NCBI GenBank assembly: GCA_905178155.1
Contig: CAJINV010000012.1
Location: forward strand, 3,059,412 to 3,123,411
Origin: Amoebophrya sp. A120
Taxonomy: Eukaryota; Protista; Dinoflagellata
Length of the DNA stretch: 64,000 bases
Direction: 5' to 3'
Under the pieces are notes generated by a model. It had not been told where the DNA came from, made no database searches, and saw only the letters and a list, made by a program, of their open reading frames with translations. Shown here piece by piece: positions 12,008 through 25,565 of the stretch. A program made the position numbers and the translations under genes. Position 1 is the stretch's first letter; every line of letters begins with the position of its first letter.

Positions 12008-13573
12008 AGTGGATGCAGAAGTTCCTCTTTTCCTCGCGCGCTCGGGAACCTCAACCTACTTACCCGGTTGCTCATCGTCAGAATAAAGCGCGGGAGCTTG
12101 TTGCGCTGCCGGGGGAGAGGAGTTATGCGGGAAGAGTCCGACAGCTTGTTCACAAAAGCATGTGCTTGCGAACGACGAGCCGCCGAAATTTTTCTTTGTT
12201 GTTTTTGAGAGGACCACCCTAGAGAGAAAAAAAATCCCGATCTCAAATGCGCACAGGAGATGGAGATTTGAAAAGCACACGCAGAAAAAATCAAGTTTAT
12301 TTCACATAAGTACATGATACAATCTGGAAAAGATACAACTTTCTTGCATGTTGGTCGACAAGGTCGTCAAAGAATCATTTTTATCTGCCTGAAGAGCGTG
12401 TTGTTCGCGACAGTCTTTTTGTGTGGAAAAAAATGTTCTACTTTTTTTTGCCACTCTTTTATACCAATTCAGCGACACCACGACCAGGTGCAGCCGTAGT
12501 TGCCGAGGAACCAAATCGGCCACGCGCAAACGAGCCAGCGCGGCCCGAGATTTTTTTAGTTTTTTTGATCAGTTGGCTTGCAGTTGCAACTGGAACTGGC
12601 TGGCGAGCTTTTTCTTTGCAGTCGCGCAAGACCACATGCTGGAGATCAGTCGGATTTCTTTTTGTCGTTGGACCACTTTGATATCACCTCCTCGGCGAGG
12701 ATTTATTTACTACCAGCGTAGTATCATGGCGTTTCGCGGAAAAGAAATGCTACTTTTACTTTCTCCAAGCCCACATGAAATAAATCCTAGGGTTGAACTA
12801 CCCAAACTTACCCGACTCCTACCCACATAGGTTGATACTTACGACGTCTCGTTTTCGCTATATGAATTAGAAACGCCTTCGATGCTTGTGAGTGTAAATT
12901 AAATATAAATTGGCCGTACTAATATTCGCATAAACGAACTTTGTTGCATACTTTGATCTTCAGTCTCTACTTGGTTTCTATCTTCCCGACAGGCACAGGA
13001 ATCGAAGATGGCCACACACTAAAACCCCCCAACGTGTTTTGTTTTAGCTACCCAAGCGAGCAGTGCCACACCATCCGCACACGTCCTCGTGCCGATTTTC
13101 ACGACAGGTTGCGACGACCACGGCCGCAGCCATTCGTGATCCTGCTATACAAACGTGGTGCGGCCCTTGGCCAACCGCCAACGTGACAGATTGGGGGCCT
13201 TTGCGCTCAGTGGTTATGTGCAATCGCCGCCCCCCCTTGGATTTATACACGCGGTAGAAGCTGCTCCTGGGTCCGCCGGCCTGAGGAAGAACCAAGGAGA
13301 AATATTATCCGATTTCTTTTCCGGGCCATCGGCGGAAGGAATTGTTTTCCCCACAGCAAGAACTTCCACCTTTGGGTAGCAGGGGAGTGGTTGTTTCCTG
13401 CAACTCCGTTGTTCAACAGCGGTCCTCCGTTGGTCAAAAGCGGTTGCTCCGGTCGTTTCGACGCGCACCACCTCCCGGGATCGGTCGAAAAATGGATCAT
13501 CTCGAAGATACTACAAATTGAGCCGCGAGGCATGATGGGCTACTACAACAAGAAGGCGATTATCGATAGATAA

Positions 13574-16500
13574 ATGTGGCCCAGTCAGTACACCTCTGGT
13601 GTTACTGGGACGTCGAACCCTTCTCCGCAAGGCAGCAGTAGCAGCTCCACGGGGCCGCGACCTGGCACGAGTCCGATGGTGGCAAATACCGCAGCAACCA
13701 CCCCGGTCAGCCCGCAAAACCGCAAGGCGGTGGAAACGCCGTATGGGGTGTGGCAGCGGAAACTGATAACCGATCCGGAATGCATGCCGGTGGCGCACGA
13801 TTTGAAAAATTTCGTCGACCAGGCGGAGGCGAATAGTAAAGGATATTATTGTTTTTGAATCATTCAGGAAAGTTGATTTTCTTCATGAGCGTGACAGGTC
13901 ATTACGAACATCGTCGAGGAGGTAAGTACAACTTCTAAAAAAAGCGCAAGCGATGAAGTAGCAACGAGGTGGGTGGACCTTTTGCCGCAACAAGAAGGGG
14001 AAAATATCCATGAACTCCACACGACAGATGTCTTCGAGAACAAGAGCAAGCAAGAAAAAGCGGACATACTACACTCAATGCTGGATCGGGCGCACAGAAA
14101 GCTGATGCAAACGAAGGCGTTCCGAGACTTGTCAGAGGATGAAGAAAACGCTAATTACGACTTTCTAGAGAAATGGGTACAACTATAGTGCAGCTTTGAC
14201 GTTTGAAAATTAAGTAAGAACTCTCGCCGCGAGAACGAGACGTACAGCGCTGCAACATTCTTTACCGTTGTTTGGTTTGCCACCGGCGGACTACAACATC
14301 CCTCTTGTGCAACACAGTCGCAGTTCGCAATTTGTTTGATCTCTCAAATCCTTCATCCTCAGGTGCTCGGCAAAGTCCACGCCTATACGTTTGGGAAGTC
14401 GCGGGAGATCCGGCAAAAGGATCGGCGCATGTACAAGCACATAAAGTGTTTGCAGTTTCTAGATCTCCAAGACCTCGATTTCCCCGACGACTCCATGCTT
14501 TTCAACACCTCGGGCGACAAATCCACCAGTCCGGAAGTTCTCCTCGAGGACGCCGCGGCCGCGTTCGCGCGCATAGAAACGGTTCACAATGTCGTGAATA
14601 AGTTGATCTGCATCGACTCTGGGTGCAGAGTAATTATGGACGTAATCCTACCACAGGAAAAAAGTGTCACAGTTGCACATTTGTTGTAATTGCAGCATCA
14701 CATCAAAGTTGCTCTGCATGGCAAAGAGAACTTGTAATGCGCAGACTATAAGGGAAAACACGAGTGAGATGAGGCTGGCAAGCATTTTCTGCATAACAAA
14801 GCTTGTCTGTCTTGCTGGTCTTGCATCAGAGTGTCTAACTGTAACACTTTTTCCTTTTGATAAATCCAGAAGGTGTGGCAGGAGCGGAAAAACAGCAAAA
14901 ACGGGAGCAGCGGGCCACAGGTTTGCCATACTATTTTTGTCATGCGCAGCACCGCATCACTGTGGTTCTCTGTGATGCTTGTGACAGTATGAGTATCTAC
15001 CAACGCGATGATGATGCAACGAACTCCTGCAGGTATTTGGCGCCGACGATTTTATGCCGTTGCTGATCTTCACCATCATCCGCTCGAACCCCGGCATATC
15101 CAGTGCAAATATGTCTGGGTCTGGATGAGTGCAGACGTTTGTAGTGCAGGTTTTGCATGACCCAGAGTGTTTGGCATGCAGGGACCAGCATCACAGATTC
15201 ATCGAGGGCCGCTTCGCGATGCCTACTCTCCATGAGAAATCCGCTCTCACCATGGCCACGAATAGACAACTATGCAAGACAAATTTTTGTGTGATCTAAA
15301 ATGCGCATCACAAGTTGCAGCCTACAAGACATATTTGCAATGCATACGGCAACATGTGGTCCAATATCGAGTACATTGAGACCTACCGCACGCCGTTCCG
15401 AAAAGTGGGGCAACAGAATATCATTTGTAAAAACGTCCCCACCCGCCCAGAGTTGTCATGCAGATTTGCAATGACAGGAACATTTGTAATGCGCATCGCC
15501 ACGAAAGGCATTTCTATTCGTGCTTCGGCATTTGTAATGCTGTAAACAGGATAAAAAGATGGATTTCTGATGCGGCTGGTCTTGCCAACCTGCACTACAA
15601 CACTAGGGACTGCAACTTGTCATGCGTGATCCCCAAAAGTTCTAGGTTTGTGTTGCAAAATCCCCATCTTGGCTCTGGAGTGGGGATGTAGTTTTTACTC
15701 AGGATACAGAACTACCACTTCACGGCCTACAGCTCGGCGGCGAAGTTTGTCCAGGAACTGACGGTGGAAAATTTGGCAAACTGCAGGCTGAAAATTTCCG
15801 AAGAAGACTGTATCGGAGTGAAAAAAATGATCATACTTGGTTGAGTCAGTTTTCATCTTGCACGAGTCACACGACAATAAGGAACGGACGAGCAGAGGAA
15901 AGCAGAGCGCTTCATCGCTCCAAAAAACTGTATACGTGTTCGCGCTCCACCACGTGGGAGCATCTTGCATGACAGTAGAAACAGAATCGCGTGCCTTCAC
16001 TGCGGAACAATTATAGCGCATGTGACAAATTGTAATTTCAGTTGTAACTGACTCAGCGATTTTTTCCCATCGATTCCCCTCCGAGACAAGTACGCAAGAT
16101 TGGAGGAGGCTTACTACGAGGAGGTATAGAAAATAGTTCAATTTGATACAAATTTGAATTTGTTGCCAAGTCGTTCGGTAGCATGACAAATCTTTTCCCG
16201 CATGATCATGCGACCTACCGCAATATCACAAATCTTTTTCAAAACAGAAGCACAAAGTCGGCGCGACGGTAAATAACTCTAACGCGAACAATAATTCCGC
16301 GGCAAACACACCTACGACCACAACTCCCAAGTCTGCCATGAAGCAGGATGCCATAAGCACAACCGTGAACCAGAACAGCGATAGTAGTAATCTGCTCGGA
16401 AATAACGGGAACAATAGTGTCAATAATGGCGGTCCAACGTCGAGCGATAACTCAAGTTCATTCCAGCCCCACAACCGGCAGAGTCAGCAGCATCAGCAGC

Positions 16501-16805
16501 AAAATCTGCGAGGACAGCATCAAAGAGATAGTCAGCAGAACAACAGTGCAATATCAAACAGCGAGCCTATCGTGCACGTGAATATACACTTGCAAGTGGA
16601 ACGGGGTTTTTTAGACGACGTTAGCCTCCGGTTCATGCGGACGAACAGCATAGACGACCTAAGAGTCGGCGAGGTAGCTGAATTATTGGACGAGTACAAG
16701 CGGATTGCGTCGGTGGTAGCCGAGTTGAAGCAAGCCGTGCTCTCAGACGGAGGGCCAGGAGGGGGGAGCGGGGTGGGAGGCGGTACTATTTTGATGTTCG
16801 ACTGA
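13574..16805 (+). CDS. VPS9: VPS9-domain Rab5 guanine nucleotide exchange factor, multi-exon
   Basis: GADDFMPLLIFTIIRSNPGNMWSNIEYIETYR...YHFTAYSSAAKFV core; C-terminal DDLRVGEVAELLDEYKR. Confidence 0.85.
14649..14862. mobile_element. Introner family D
   Basis: TIR ..AGGAAAAAAGTGT; DR AATCC. Confidence 0.85.
15097..15346. mobile_element. Introner family A
   Basis: DR CGGCA. Confidence 0.85.
15419..15706. mobile_element. Introner family B
   Basis: DR CAGAA. Confidence 0.9.
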
Positions 16806-18961
16806 TTTATAACATGTTGCGGTCGAAAGAAAAACAAAAACAAAAGCGGCACACTAGTCGTCTTATGATGCTTGTCACGATGAGTCATGTCCACGTGTGA
16901 GGATCTTTTGCATGCAATATTATAGTGGAAAACATAATCTTCTTCCAGGTGGGCCGAACGGTAGTGCCTCCGCGAAACATGTCCAATTTGCATCGCCGCG
17001 GAGTCTCCAGGCGTCCGGAGAGCAGGGCCGGACGTGACGCAGCTGGAAATGTCTGCAAAAGCAGCGACGTCCTCGCGACAAACGACTCTCACCACCTTCT
17101 AGAGGCGACTACGACAGTTTTAGTACACAAGCAAGGAATGGGCGACTTTCAATAGTTTTGGCAAAGCGCAAAATAGTTGCCATTTCAGAACACACAAGAT
17201 CGACAGGTAGAAACAATCGGAATCATTGTACATTATTCCTTTGGACAGAATATGGATGCTGTGAACTTCTACGAGTGATTCTTCCTCCTAGCGGGGAAGA
17301 GCGAAGAATAATAAGCGACGAAAAAATTTCAAAAGTTCTTCAGATCGATAAATTGCGATTTTCTAGTACAGATTAAGTACGAATGAAAGGAAACCTGTTG
17401 TTTGTAAACGAAGCTAAGATTCTTGATCGTTTGGCATAGAGTATGACTAAGAATACTGAAGGTAAACAAATGTTTTCAAGTAACTATCTGGTACGCGGTA
17501 GAGCAGTACACCGCGGAATAATTAGGCCTTAGTGATCCAAAGGCCTTCCAGAATATGTATTGATTAACAGAGCATCTACTTGGTCCTAACGGGTTTACTT
17601 TTGCTTCTTGGATATGGATACTTAAAAAAGCGACAGCAAAAAGCAAAACGCGCGGAACAAAGATTTCACAAGCGACTAACGGCATGCAGGAAAAAATTCG
17701 AAAATTTTCTGCAAAGACACATCAGAAACACACGAAAACATCAAAAACCGGCGTGCTAACGTGTGCTGCCTCCAGCTGGTCTTCGAATCCATTCGCTCTC
17801 GGAAATTTCTGCCGCGCGTGCTCGACGCTTCTGTTGTGTTTTTCTCGTCATTTTTGTCGCCATCTGCTTAAATCGTTTATTCGTGCACAATCTTCGTTCC
17901 CCTTCGAGCTTCGCTACCAGAGAGAAAGCATTCATCGTCGAGTGAAAAAATCATTCAGGATTGTATATGTTTACGAAGACCACCACTTGGAGAAGGTGAG
18001 AGGTCGCGGTGTCGTGGTTTTGCTGAGTGGAGGGAGGTTGTTTTACGGTCCGCGTCGAACGTGGTCGTAATATCACCTTTGACCGGCCGAGATGCGCTTT
18101 TGTGATTCTGATGGGGCTCCGTCGATGAAAACGTCACTTCTAGCGGGAAGAGAAAAAAAACACCTCGCCCTGTCCAGTTTAGACAGAAACAGAAAGAACA
18201 ATGCGTTGAAAAAAGATATGAAGTGAAATTCCTCTTTCCACCGCCTACACAGGCGCCACCAAGTCGTAGCAGCTGAATTGTCGGGGCGAAGAGAGGTAGT
18301 TACTTGTGCCCTCACAACTACTGCACACCGCGGCAACTACGAATTGTCTGTTGCCGGTAGCGGCAATTTCTTCGTGCCGGTTTGCGCGATAGTGGAGATC
18401 GCAGTTATTTCGCCAGTGGTTTGTTGCTTTCCGCGAACGAAGAAAATTCTGGGAGGTGCATCGCAAAAACCCTCCGACGCACCATCATTGCGGGGGTAAT
18501 CACCAGCTCTTGCAACAGCGCCGAGTTTTGCTGTTTTTCTAGCCGCTGACCGTAAGGGAGGACTCGCGCGAAGTGAATTATTTCCTGGTCCTCCGCGAGA
18601 GCAAGCCTTCGTGGGTACTACGGCACTGGTACACCCCGCTTTTGCAGCGGGAATACTAGGTACGTCACGGACGGAATTTTACTTCTTCAGCTACCGTAGT
18701 TCTGCTTGCAGCGTAAAAAAGTTGGAAAACCCGACGGGACAGAAAATCGGGAAAGAAAAACCACGTGAAGGAAGCAGTATTTTTTGCGAAAAGTAGCCGA
18801 TAACGTCGCGGGTGCACTCCTTCCGACGACGTGTTGGTTGCGATCTCGTCCACACGACCTCCCGCGCACGGACTTAACAACCGAACGCGGCAGTGAAGTA
18901 CTCATCCTCGGCGTAGGAGCCGGTATCCAAAAAAACTAGTCGAAGAAAAAGCACGACCATC

Positions 18962-21900
18962 ATGCGGGTCCTCGTGCACTGCCACGGTGAGAAATTCACC
19001 GTGAACATCGGGGATGGAAAACAGCACGTCAGGTGGCTCGGCTTGGTCACGGCGTTGCGGTACCAGAAACTGAAGCACCAATTCCGAATCCCGGTGCAGG
19101 TCAGGAACAGCGAGGGCACGGTGCTGCGACCAAGAATGCCCCTCTGCGAGGAGATGACAGACTTAGCGGAGGTGTACGTAGATCTGCGGGAAGGGGCGGA
19201 AAATATGACAGCGCACAATTCCCTCTCCCCCTCCTTTGTCATGCAAAACCGCGACTCTAGTCGCTGCCTTTTGGCACTGTTTGCATGACAAGTTGTGGTA
19301 GCCCAAATAGCACTACATTCTAGTGTAAATTTGTCATGCAAAACCGGCACTCTTGCTGATGCTTGTATAATTGCCGTTCATGCTATACAAATGAGGGGGA
19401 GGGGGAGTTGTCCACTGTCATAGAAAACACAAATAACGCAGAAGAGGGCGGGCTGGGGACCAGTGACTACACGCTGACATGGTATAAACAGAGTTTGAGT
19501 TATTTCATCTGGATTCTACTTTTCGCTTGTGTGTCTGTGTTTCAGTGCTCGCTTTTCTTTGGTGATAGCAGCAAGTACGAACGTGCAATACACTATAACG
19601 ACCGCTGAGTTCTTGTACAACTAAACTAATCGGCAAAAATCAGGCAAGACGAGGCATACGGTCCGTCTTCTTCCCTCCGGATCTGCAAATTCCAGTATCC
19701 CAGAGTAAAAAGCCGGCAGGGCATATTTGTAATGCAAAAGCAAAATAAACAGAAAAATCGTTCATGCATGGGTGACCCCTTAGCATGCTGTTTAGGACAC
19801 GTAATACAGATCTTTTTGTCTATTCATTTTTGCAATACAAATATGATCTGCCTGATGTTTCCGTAGGATATCCAGTGGAAAATCGCAAGTAACGCGTATG
19901 ACATGCCGATCCCGACAAAAATCCGCGGGGAGTATACCGTCGCGAGTCAGTGGACCGGGATATTTCCGTATGCACAAGAAAGTCCAACGTCCCGTACACG
20001 TGCAAATACGGAGGTTTCCGCATGCCGAAAATGGATATCAGCGCTATTTGGCATGACAAGTAGTATCACACTCTAAGTTGCTGCCGATGAAATTTGTGAT
20101 GCATTTTGCACGTGCACAGCGCGATTGGAGCAAATTTGTATTGCATACTCCGCAGAAGGAGTTCGGCGGGAAGTTCGAAATCCCCCTCGATCCGGTGGAT
20201 TTGGGCGACGGTAACATCGACTGGATAGCAATCATATCAATTGCAAATATGTCTGGGTCTGGAAGGTTGTAACTTGTCATGCCAAATCTCAATCACTGAA
20301 AAATCTGTGTTGCATGAACGCCAGAAGCTCCCCTCTTCTTGGTAGGCAGAAGGCGGATTTCTCATGCGGAATAGGCATGAGGAAGGTCTTGCAAAACCTG
20401 TCATGCGTCTGTGTGCATTCCAGACCATGCATGTGGTCCGCGAGATGCATGACAAATCTTGCACCCTTCCAGACCAAGACATATTTTCACTGGATAGATC
20501 AAGCACGCGCCACCAGGGACCGCCAAGTACTTGTTTCTCCTCGAGGATGGGAGCGAGACTGTGTGCAAAGCACTGCCAGAACGTAGGATTTTTTAGGATT
20601 TTGATTTTATTTGTCATGCGATGTAGTGTGGTATCAACCTCCAATTTGTGATGCAGCAGCACACCGTGGAAGGTATCTATTAACAAAAGCAAAAGAAAAT
20701 ATCAGATACGCTTTCCGGCGACGGGTCCCATCACATTGAAGACTTTCCTATCAAGAGCAAAAATGTCTGGGTCTGGAAGAATGCATGTTTGTCATGCTTG
20801 TCTGGCATGACTCTTAAATCTGTCATGCACGTTACCTTAGAGCTCCATTTTTCTGTGATGCAGGAACGCAGTTTGTCATGCAGAATAGGCAACACCTAGA
20901 AGCTCAGAAACTTGTCACGCTGAGCCAGCATTTGTGGCCTCATCACGAGACGCCACCCAGCATCACAAGTTTCCAGACCCAGACATTTTTACATTTGATT
21001 TCTCCCTGGGAGGTGCCAATCGCCGCGGACCCGGTTCCAGATGCGGACTCAAGACCCAGCACGGCATCTTATCCTGAGTCAAAGCATCCCCACCCCAGAG
21101 TCAAGATGGGGATTTTGCAACACAAGCCTAGAACTTTTGGGGGTCTCGCATCACAAGTTGCAGTCCGTAATGTAGTGCAGTTTAGCAAGGCCAACCGCAT
21201 CAGAAATCCATCTCCTTATCCTGCTTACAGCATTACAAATGCCGAAGCACGACTAGAAATGCCTCCCGTGGCGATGCGCATTACAAATGGTCCTGTCATT
21301 GCAAATCTGCATGACAACTCTGGGGTGGGGACATTTTTACTCAGGATACATCTAGTGTAGACGGAGCGGAAGTCGACCCAAGATTTGATGAAGACTGGGA
21401 CTCGCTGAAACTCAGGTACAAATACGAAACGGGTCTAATCTTTGTGAAGATGGTTGAAGGAGTCTGAAATGCAGGACTGTGCATGACAAGACCCCGCCTT
21501 CTCAATGAAAGCCTGTGCTAGTATACAGACAAAAAACCTTCACTGCAGGTGGATCGAGCCGCACATGAAACTCCGAGTAAAAGACGTGCTGAAGGAGTTC
21601 TACAGCATCCTGGTGGACGTATCCTAAGCAAAAACGTCCCCACCCCAGAGTTGTCATGCACATGTGCAATTACAGGAGCATTTGTAATGCGCATCCCCAT
21701 GAGAGGCGTTTCCAGTTGTGTTTTGGAACTTGTAATGCTGTAGACAGCATAAGGAGATGGATTTCACATGCGGCTTCCCTTTCCAAACTGCACTACACTA
21801 TGGGCTAAGTCTTGTCATGCGTGACTGCCAAAACTTCCAGGCTTGTGTTGCAAAATCTCCATCGGCAACTCAGGGGTGGGAACGTTTTCACACAGGATAT

Positions 21901-24556
21901 GACCTCTACGACAGTTACGCTTTCATGGGACTCGACTTGGCGGTAGAGGACCCAACGGCCCAGTCCGCGCACACCATATCAACTGCAAATAAAATGTCTG
22001 GGTCTGGAAGATTCTAAACTTGTGATGCTGTCTCTGGATTCTAAAAAAAATTGTATTGCATGACCAGCAAGAGGGGTATAATTTTAATTTGTGGTACACG
22101 GACAGGGCATTTCTCGTGCGGAAGGTGCATCAGGAGGCTCTCTAAAAGTCTGCGATGCTAGGTCATGCATTACAGGCGTCATGGGTCATGAGAAATATGC
22201 ATGGCAAATCTTGCATTCATCTTCCAGACCCAGACACTTTTTCAGTTGATACACCATCGGCTTAGACGACGTCACCCATTTACTCCAACAGGCTCACTTA
22301 TCAAATGTAAAAATGTCTGGGTCTGGAAGAATGCAACTTGTGATGCTATTTTTGGAATCCAAAAAAATCTGTATTGCATGAGCAACAAGAGGCGTCCAGT
22401 TTTTGCTGCGCGGAGAGGGGATTTCTCATGCGGGGTAGGCATCAAGATGCCCGCAAAAAATTTGTGATGCTGGTGCATACATCACAGACATCACGGGTCA
22501 TTCAAAATGTGCATGACAAACCTTGCAATCTTCCAGACCCAGACATTTTTACATTTGATACCACTTGCTCTCTAAGGGAACCCACGTGCCGAAGAACCTC
22601 GGGCAGAACGAGAAAAAACACATGCCGATTCCTATGGTGAGCAAAAGCGTCGCCACCCCATAGTCAAGTTGGTAAGTCTGCAACACAAATCTCCAAGTTT
22701 TGGGATTTGTGCATGACAAGCTTTCATCTGTAGTGTAGTTCTAGTTAGCAAGGGATATTAGCCGCATCGCAAAGACGCCTGCTTATGCTGTTTACATCAT
22801 CACAAATCTCAGAACGCGACTACAAATAGTTCTCATGATGGGGATGCGCATTACAGAGGTTTCTGTAGATGCAAATCTGCATGACCGCTACGGGATGGGA
22901 ACGTTTTTACATAGGACAATTCCGTTCGGCGACTTGGTGAAGTGGTACCAGGAGATATGCAATGTAAATTTCCCGTACATGTACAAAATGCATGACAAAT
23001 TTCGCTAACTTGCAGTGTACAACTTGTCATGCTAGACTAGGATTGAAGGCAAGTTCTGTCATGCAGAGACTGCATTTGTACGGGAAATTTACTGTGGATA
23101 GGAAACCACGCAGGTGCGGGACGGAAAACCGTATTTGTCGCAAAGGTATGGATTGCAAATATGTCTGGGTCTGGAAAAGTGGAACTTGTAATGCTGTCCG
23201 CGGATTCTAAAAATGTCTGTGTTTTCCTTTAGCAGCAAGAGGAGTCAGTTCCTGGCACGCGGAGAGGGCATTTCTCATGCGTCATCAGTATCAAGAAGCT
23301 CTCAAAATGAAATCTGTGATGCTAGCACCAGCATCACAGACCTCACGGGTCATACAAAATGTGCATGACAAGCCCCGACTCTTCCAGACCCAGACGTATT
23401 TGCATTCCATAAAAGGCTGCAGCGAAATCACTACTTGGAAATTCTCCTCCGAGTAGCGCACTGGACCATGTGCGAACACCCCAACGCGCAGAAAACCGCG
23501 CAGATGCAACAGATGCCACTCGACGAGGGGTTGTTTAGGTAGATAATAAGTCCTTTTGCTTTTCGCGATGATTGATTTTCGTGTTTGTCATGCGGAGCCT
23601 CGTAGGGTAGATTGTTTTGTGATGCTGGAACAGATAATGTGTAGAAGTGAAGTTCCGACGATGTTAAATCAAATACAAAGGTTTCTGACCGACATATTAA
23701 TTCCCGTAATGGACGTGTACGACGAGGATCCGCTGCGGAAAGACGCCGTGCAGCACGAAAATCTTGTCGCCATCCAGAGGGCAAGACCAAGTATAGCAAT
23801 TTTAGTGCTGGTGGGAAGATACCAGATTATGATTGCCAGCTTCTGAGCAGGCGTTGGAGTTTGTCATGTTGATCATGTACTTCTACATCTACTTACTCTC
23901 CAAGACAATTGCCAATTTGCAAAGCATACGGCTTCTATCTAAATCTACTCCCTCGACGAAATCAAAACCCACCAGATCTCCGGTCCATTTACTCTTTCCT
24001 GGCGCAGCACGTGGACATGCTGGGTGAGAGGGTTTTGACCGAGGACATTTTGAAATTTGTGTGGGAGTACGGCAAGACACTGGCGGCAGAAAGTGCGGGG
24101 GACGATCAATATGTCGACGTGTTTCAACAGGAGCTGAAGAGGTTAGGAGAACCAGCGGTACTATCATAGACTTACTTAGGGTAGTTCTTGAATGTTTTGT
24201 GTATCATGGCCTCCTGCATGAGAAACGACGACGATGAGGGGCGCGTAGCATGACAAAAAAACTGTGACCAATTCTTTATTCCATTTAAACTACAGCTCTC
24301 CCACATCCTTAACATGACGTCCGACACGATCGATCTGGTGTGCAAAAAGCACCTCGAGTGCGACGCGAAGTCTCTGCTCTTCTGGGAATTCTTCGAGATG
24401 GTGATGCACTACAGTCGCTCGATCTTTCAGCAGCGCGGCGACGCGGGGAACTTGGGCCTCCACGTTGTCATCACGCAGGTCGTTGGGGTTTTGTCGGCGA
24501 TCGTAAAAGTGATTGACGCCAGAGGCGTGCCGCTGCCGGGGGAGCAGGAGGGGTGA
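18962..24556 (+). CDS. Large hypothetical protein with an N-terminal PB1/Par3-HAL-like segment; 12 introners and several GT-AG introns
   Basis: MRVLVHCHGEKFTVNIGDGKQHVRWLG...; frame is restored across element junctions; ends LLFWEFFEMVMH...EQEG*. Confidence 0.7.
19204..19422. mobile_element. Introner, minor family
   Basis: TIR TATGACAG..CAA.TCCC.CTCCCCCTC; DR GAAAA. Confidence 0.85.
19696..19870. mobile_element. Introner, minor family
   Basis: TATCC...GGATA; DR TCCAG. Confidence 0.8.
19969..20147. mobile_element. Introner, minor family
   Basis: TATGCA...TGCATA; DR TTCCG/CTCCG. Confidence 0.75.
20235..20496. mobile_element. Introner family A
   Basis: DR AATCA/GATCA. Confidence 0.85.
20749..21000. 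mobile_element. Introner family A
   Basis: DR TTTCC/TCTCC. Confidence 0.85.
21070..21348. mobile_element. Introner family B
   Basis: DR CATCT. Confidence 0.9.
21620..21899. mobile_element. Introner family B
   Basis: DR GGACG/TGACC. Confidence 0.85.
21977..22251. mobile_element. Introner family A
   Basis: DR CACCA. Confidence 0.9.
22299..22560. mobile_element. Introner family A
   Basis: DR TCACT/CCACT. Confidence 0.9.
22633..22918. mobile_element. Introner family B
   Basis: DR ATTCC. Confidence 0.85.
22956..23100. mobile_element. Introner, minor family
   Basis: TIR ..GTAAATTTCCCGTACA; DR GGAGA/GGAAA. Confidence 0.85.
23147..23411. mobile_element. Introner family A
   Basis: DR AAAGG. Confidence 0.9.
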
Positions 24557-25565
24557 GGGGGAGTTGGACTTAGAGTGTGGAGCCATTGTTCTGCGGTGTT
24601 GCATTAGCACTGCTCACGTGTTGGTGCACAAGAAGACTAGACCATTATTTCCTATTTGAATCACAGTAAATCGCAAAGTCGCTATTACAATTGACACATT
24701 AGATGAGAATCAAAGAACTCCTGGCTGCAAGCACCCTCTGCAGCAGACTTGTGGATTAGAGATTACAGATTACAGACAGCTATCGAGATGACACAGGAAA
24801 TTGTTATTTAGGTTATTCCGATCAAAGACAGAATCCGCAGGGCTATACCGGATTTTCTTCGGTCACTGCTGGAAAAGAGTAAGGTAACGGAGAAGTACTA
24901 CATCCAGTTAAGAATGCTTTGTACTATTTTGAGAATATTGAAACTTGTAAAACGCTCCACCCCTGTATCCAAATTCGAATTTTCGTTTTCTTGTGCACAA
25001 GCGCTGCTAAACAATTGCGCACTCCTGCTGGCTGCTGTTCTTTCTGCTAGGACACTCGCAAGGAATTGTATGCCGCTGTTGAGAGCCATTACCAATACTA
25101 GAGCGAGTGAGAGAGAGAGAGAGAGCGAGCGAGCGCGAGCGACATTATAAAGAAGTAGAGCGGATTTCTGATGTACGGCCGTACAGAAGCTGCATGCACA
25201 TTCTGCCGTTACCGCCAGCATCACTCCAGCGTCTTACATACTCTGCCCGAATTATTGCTTTGTGTTTTAATGACGTGTAGTTTGGCCGAGACGTTATTTT
25301 CTCCCCTCTGTTCTTGTTGTCCCCGTTCTGAGTAGCTCAAATGGTTCATTCACAAAACCAGGTCCAAGAACTACAGATGAGAAGATCTTCAGTTGGCCCT
25401 CTTTGACTGCATGCGTCCTTTTCTTTTAGGAATTAAGTTACATCTTGTCCCGAGCCAGTGCCTGATTTACATCTCAATGAATTGAACGCGAGCTCATGAA
25501 CGCGATGTATTTGCTGGTATGAAAATAGCCCTCGTAGTTCAGACCGCGAAATAAACCCACTTAAG

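Noticed and set aside
12300-13500. Possible small gene on either strand
   Set aside because: No consistent exon chain or recognisable homology; may be UTR or intergenic
16900-18500. Possible minus-strand multi-exon gene
   Set aside because: Short ORFs only; I could not build a supported model
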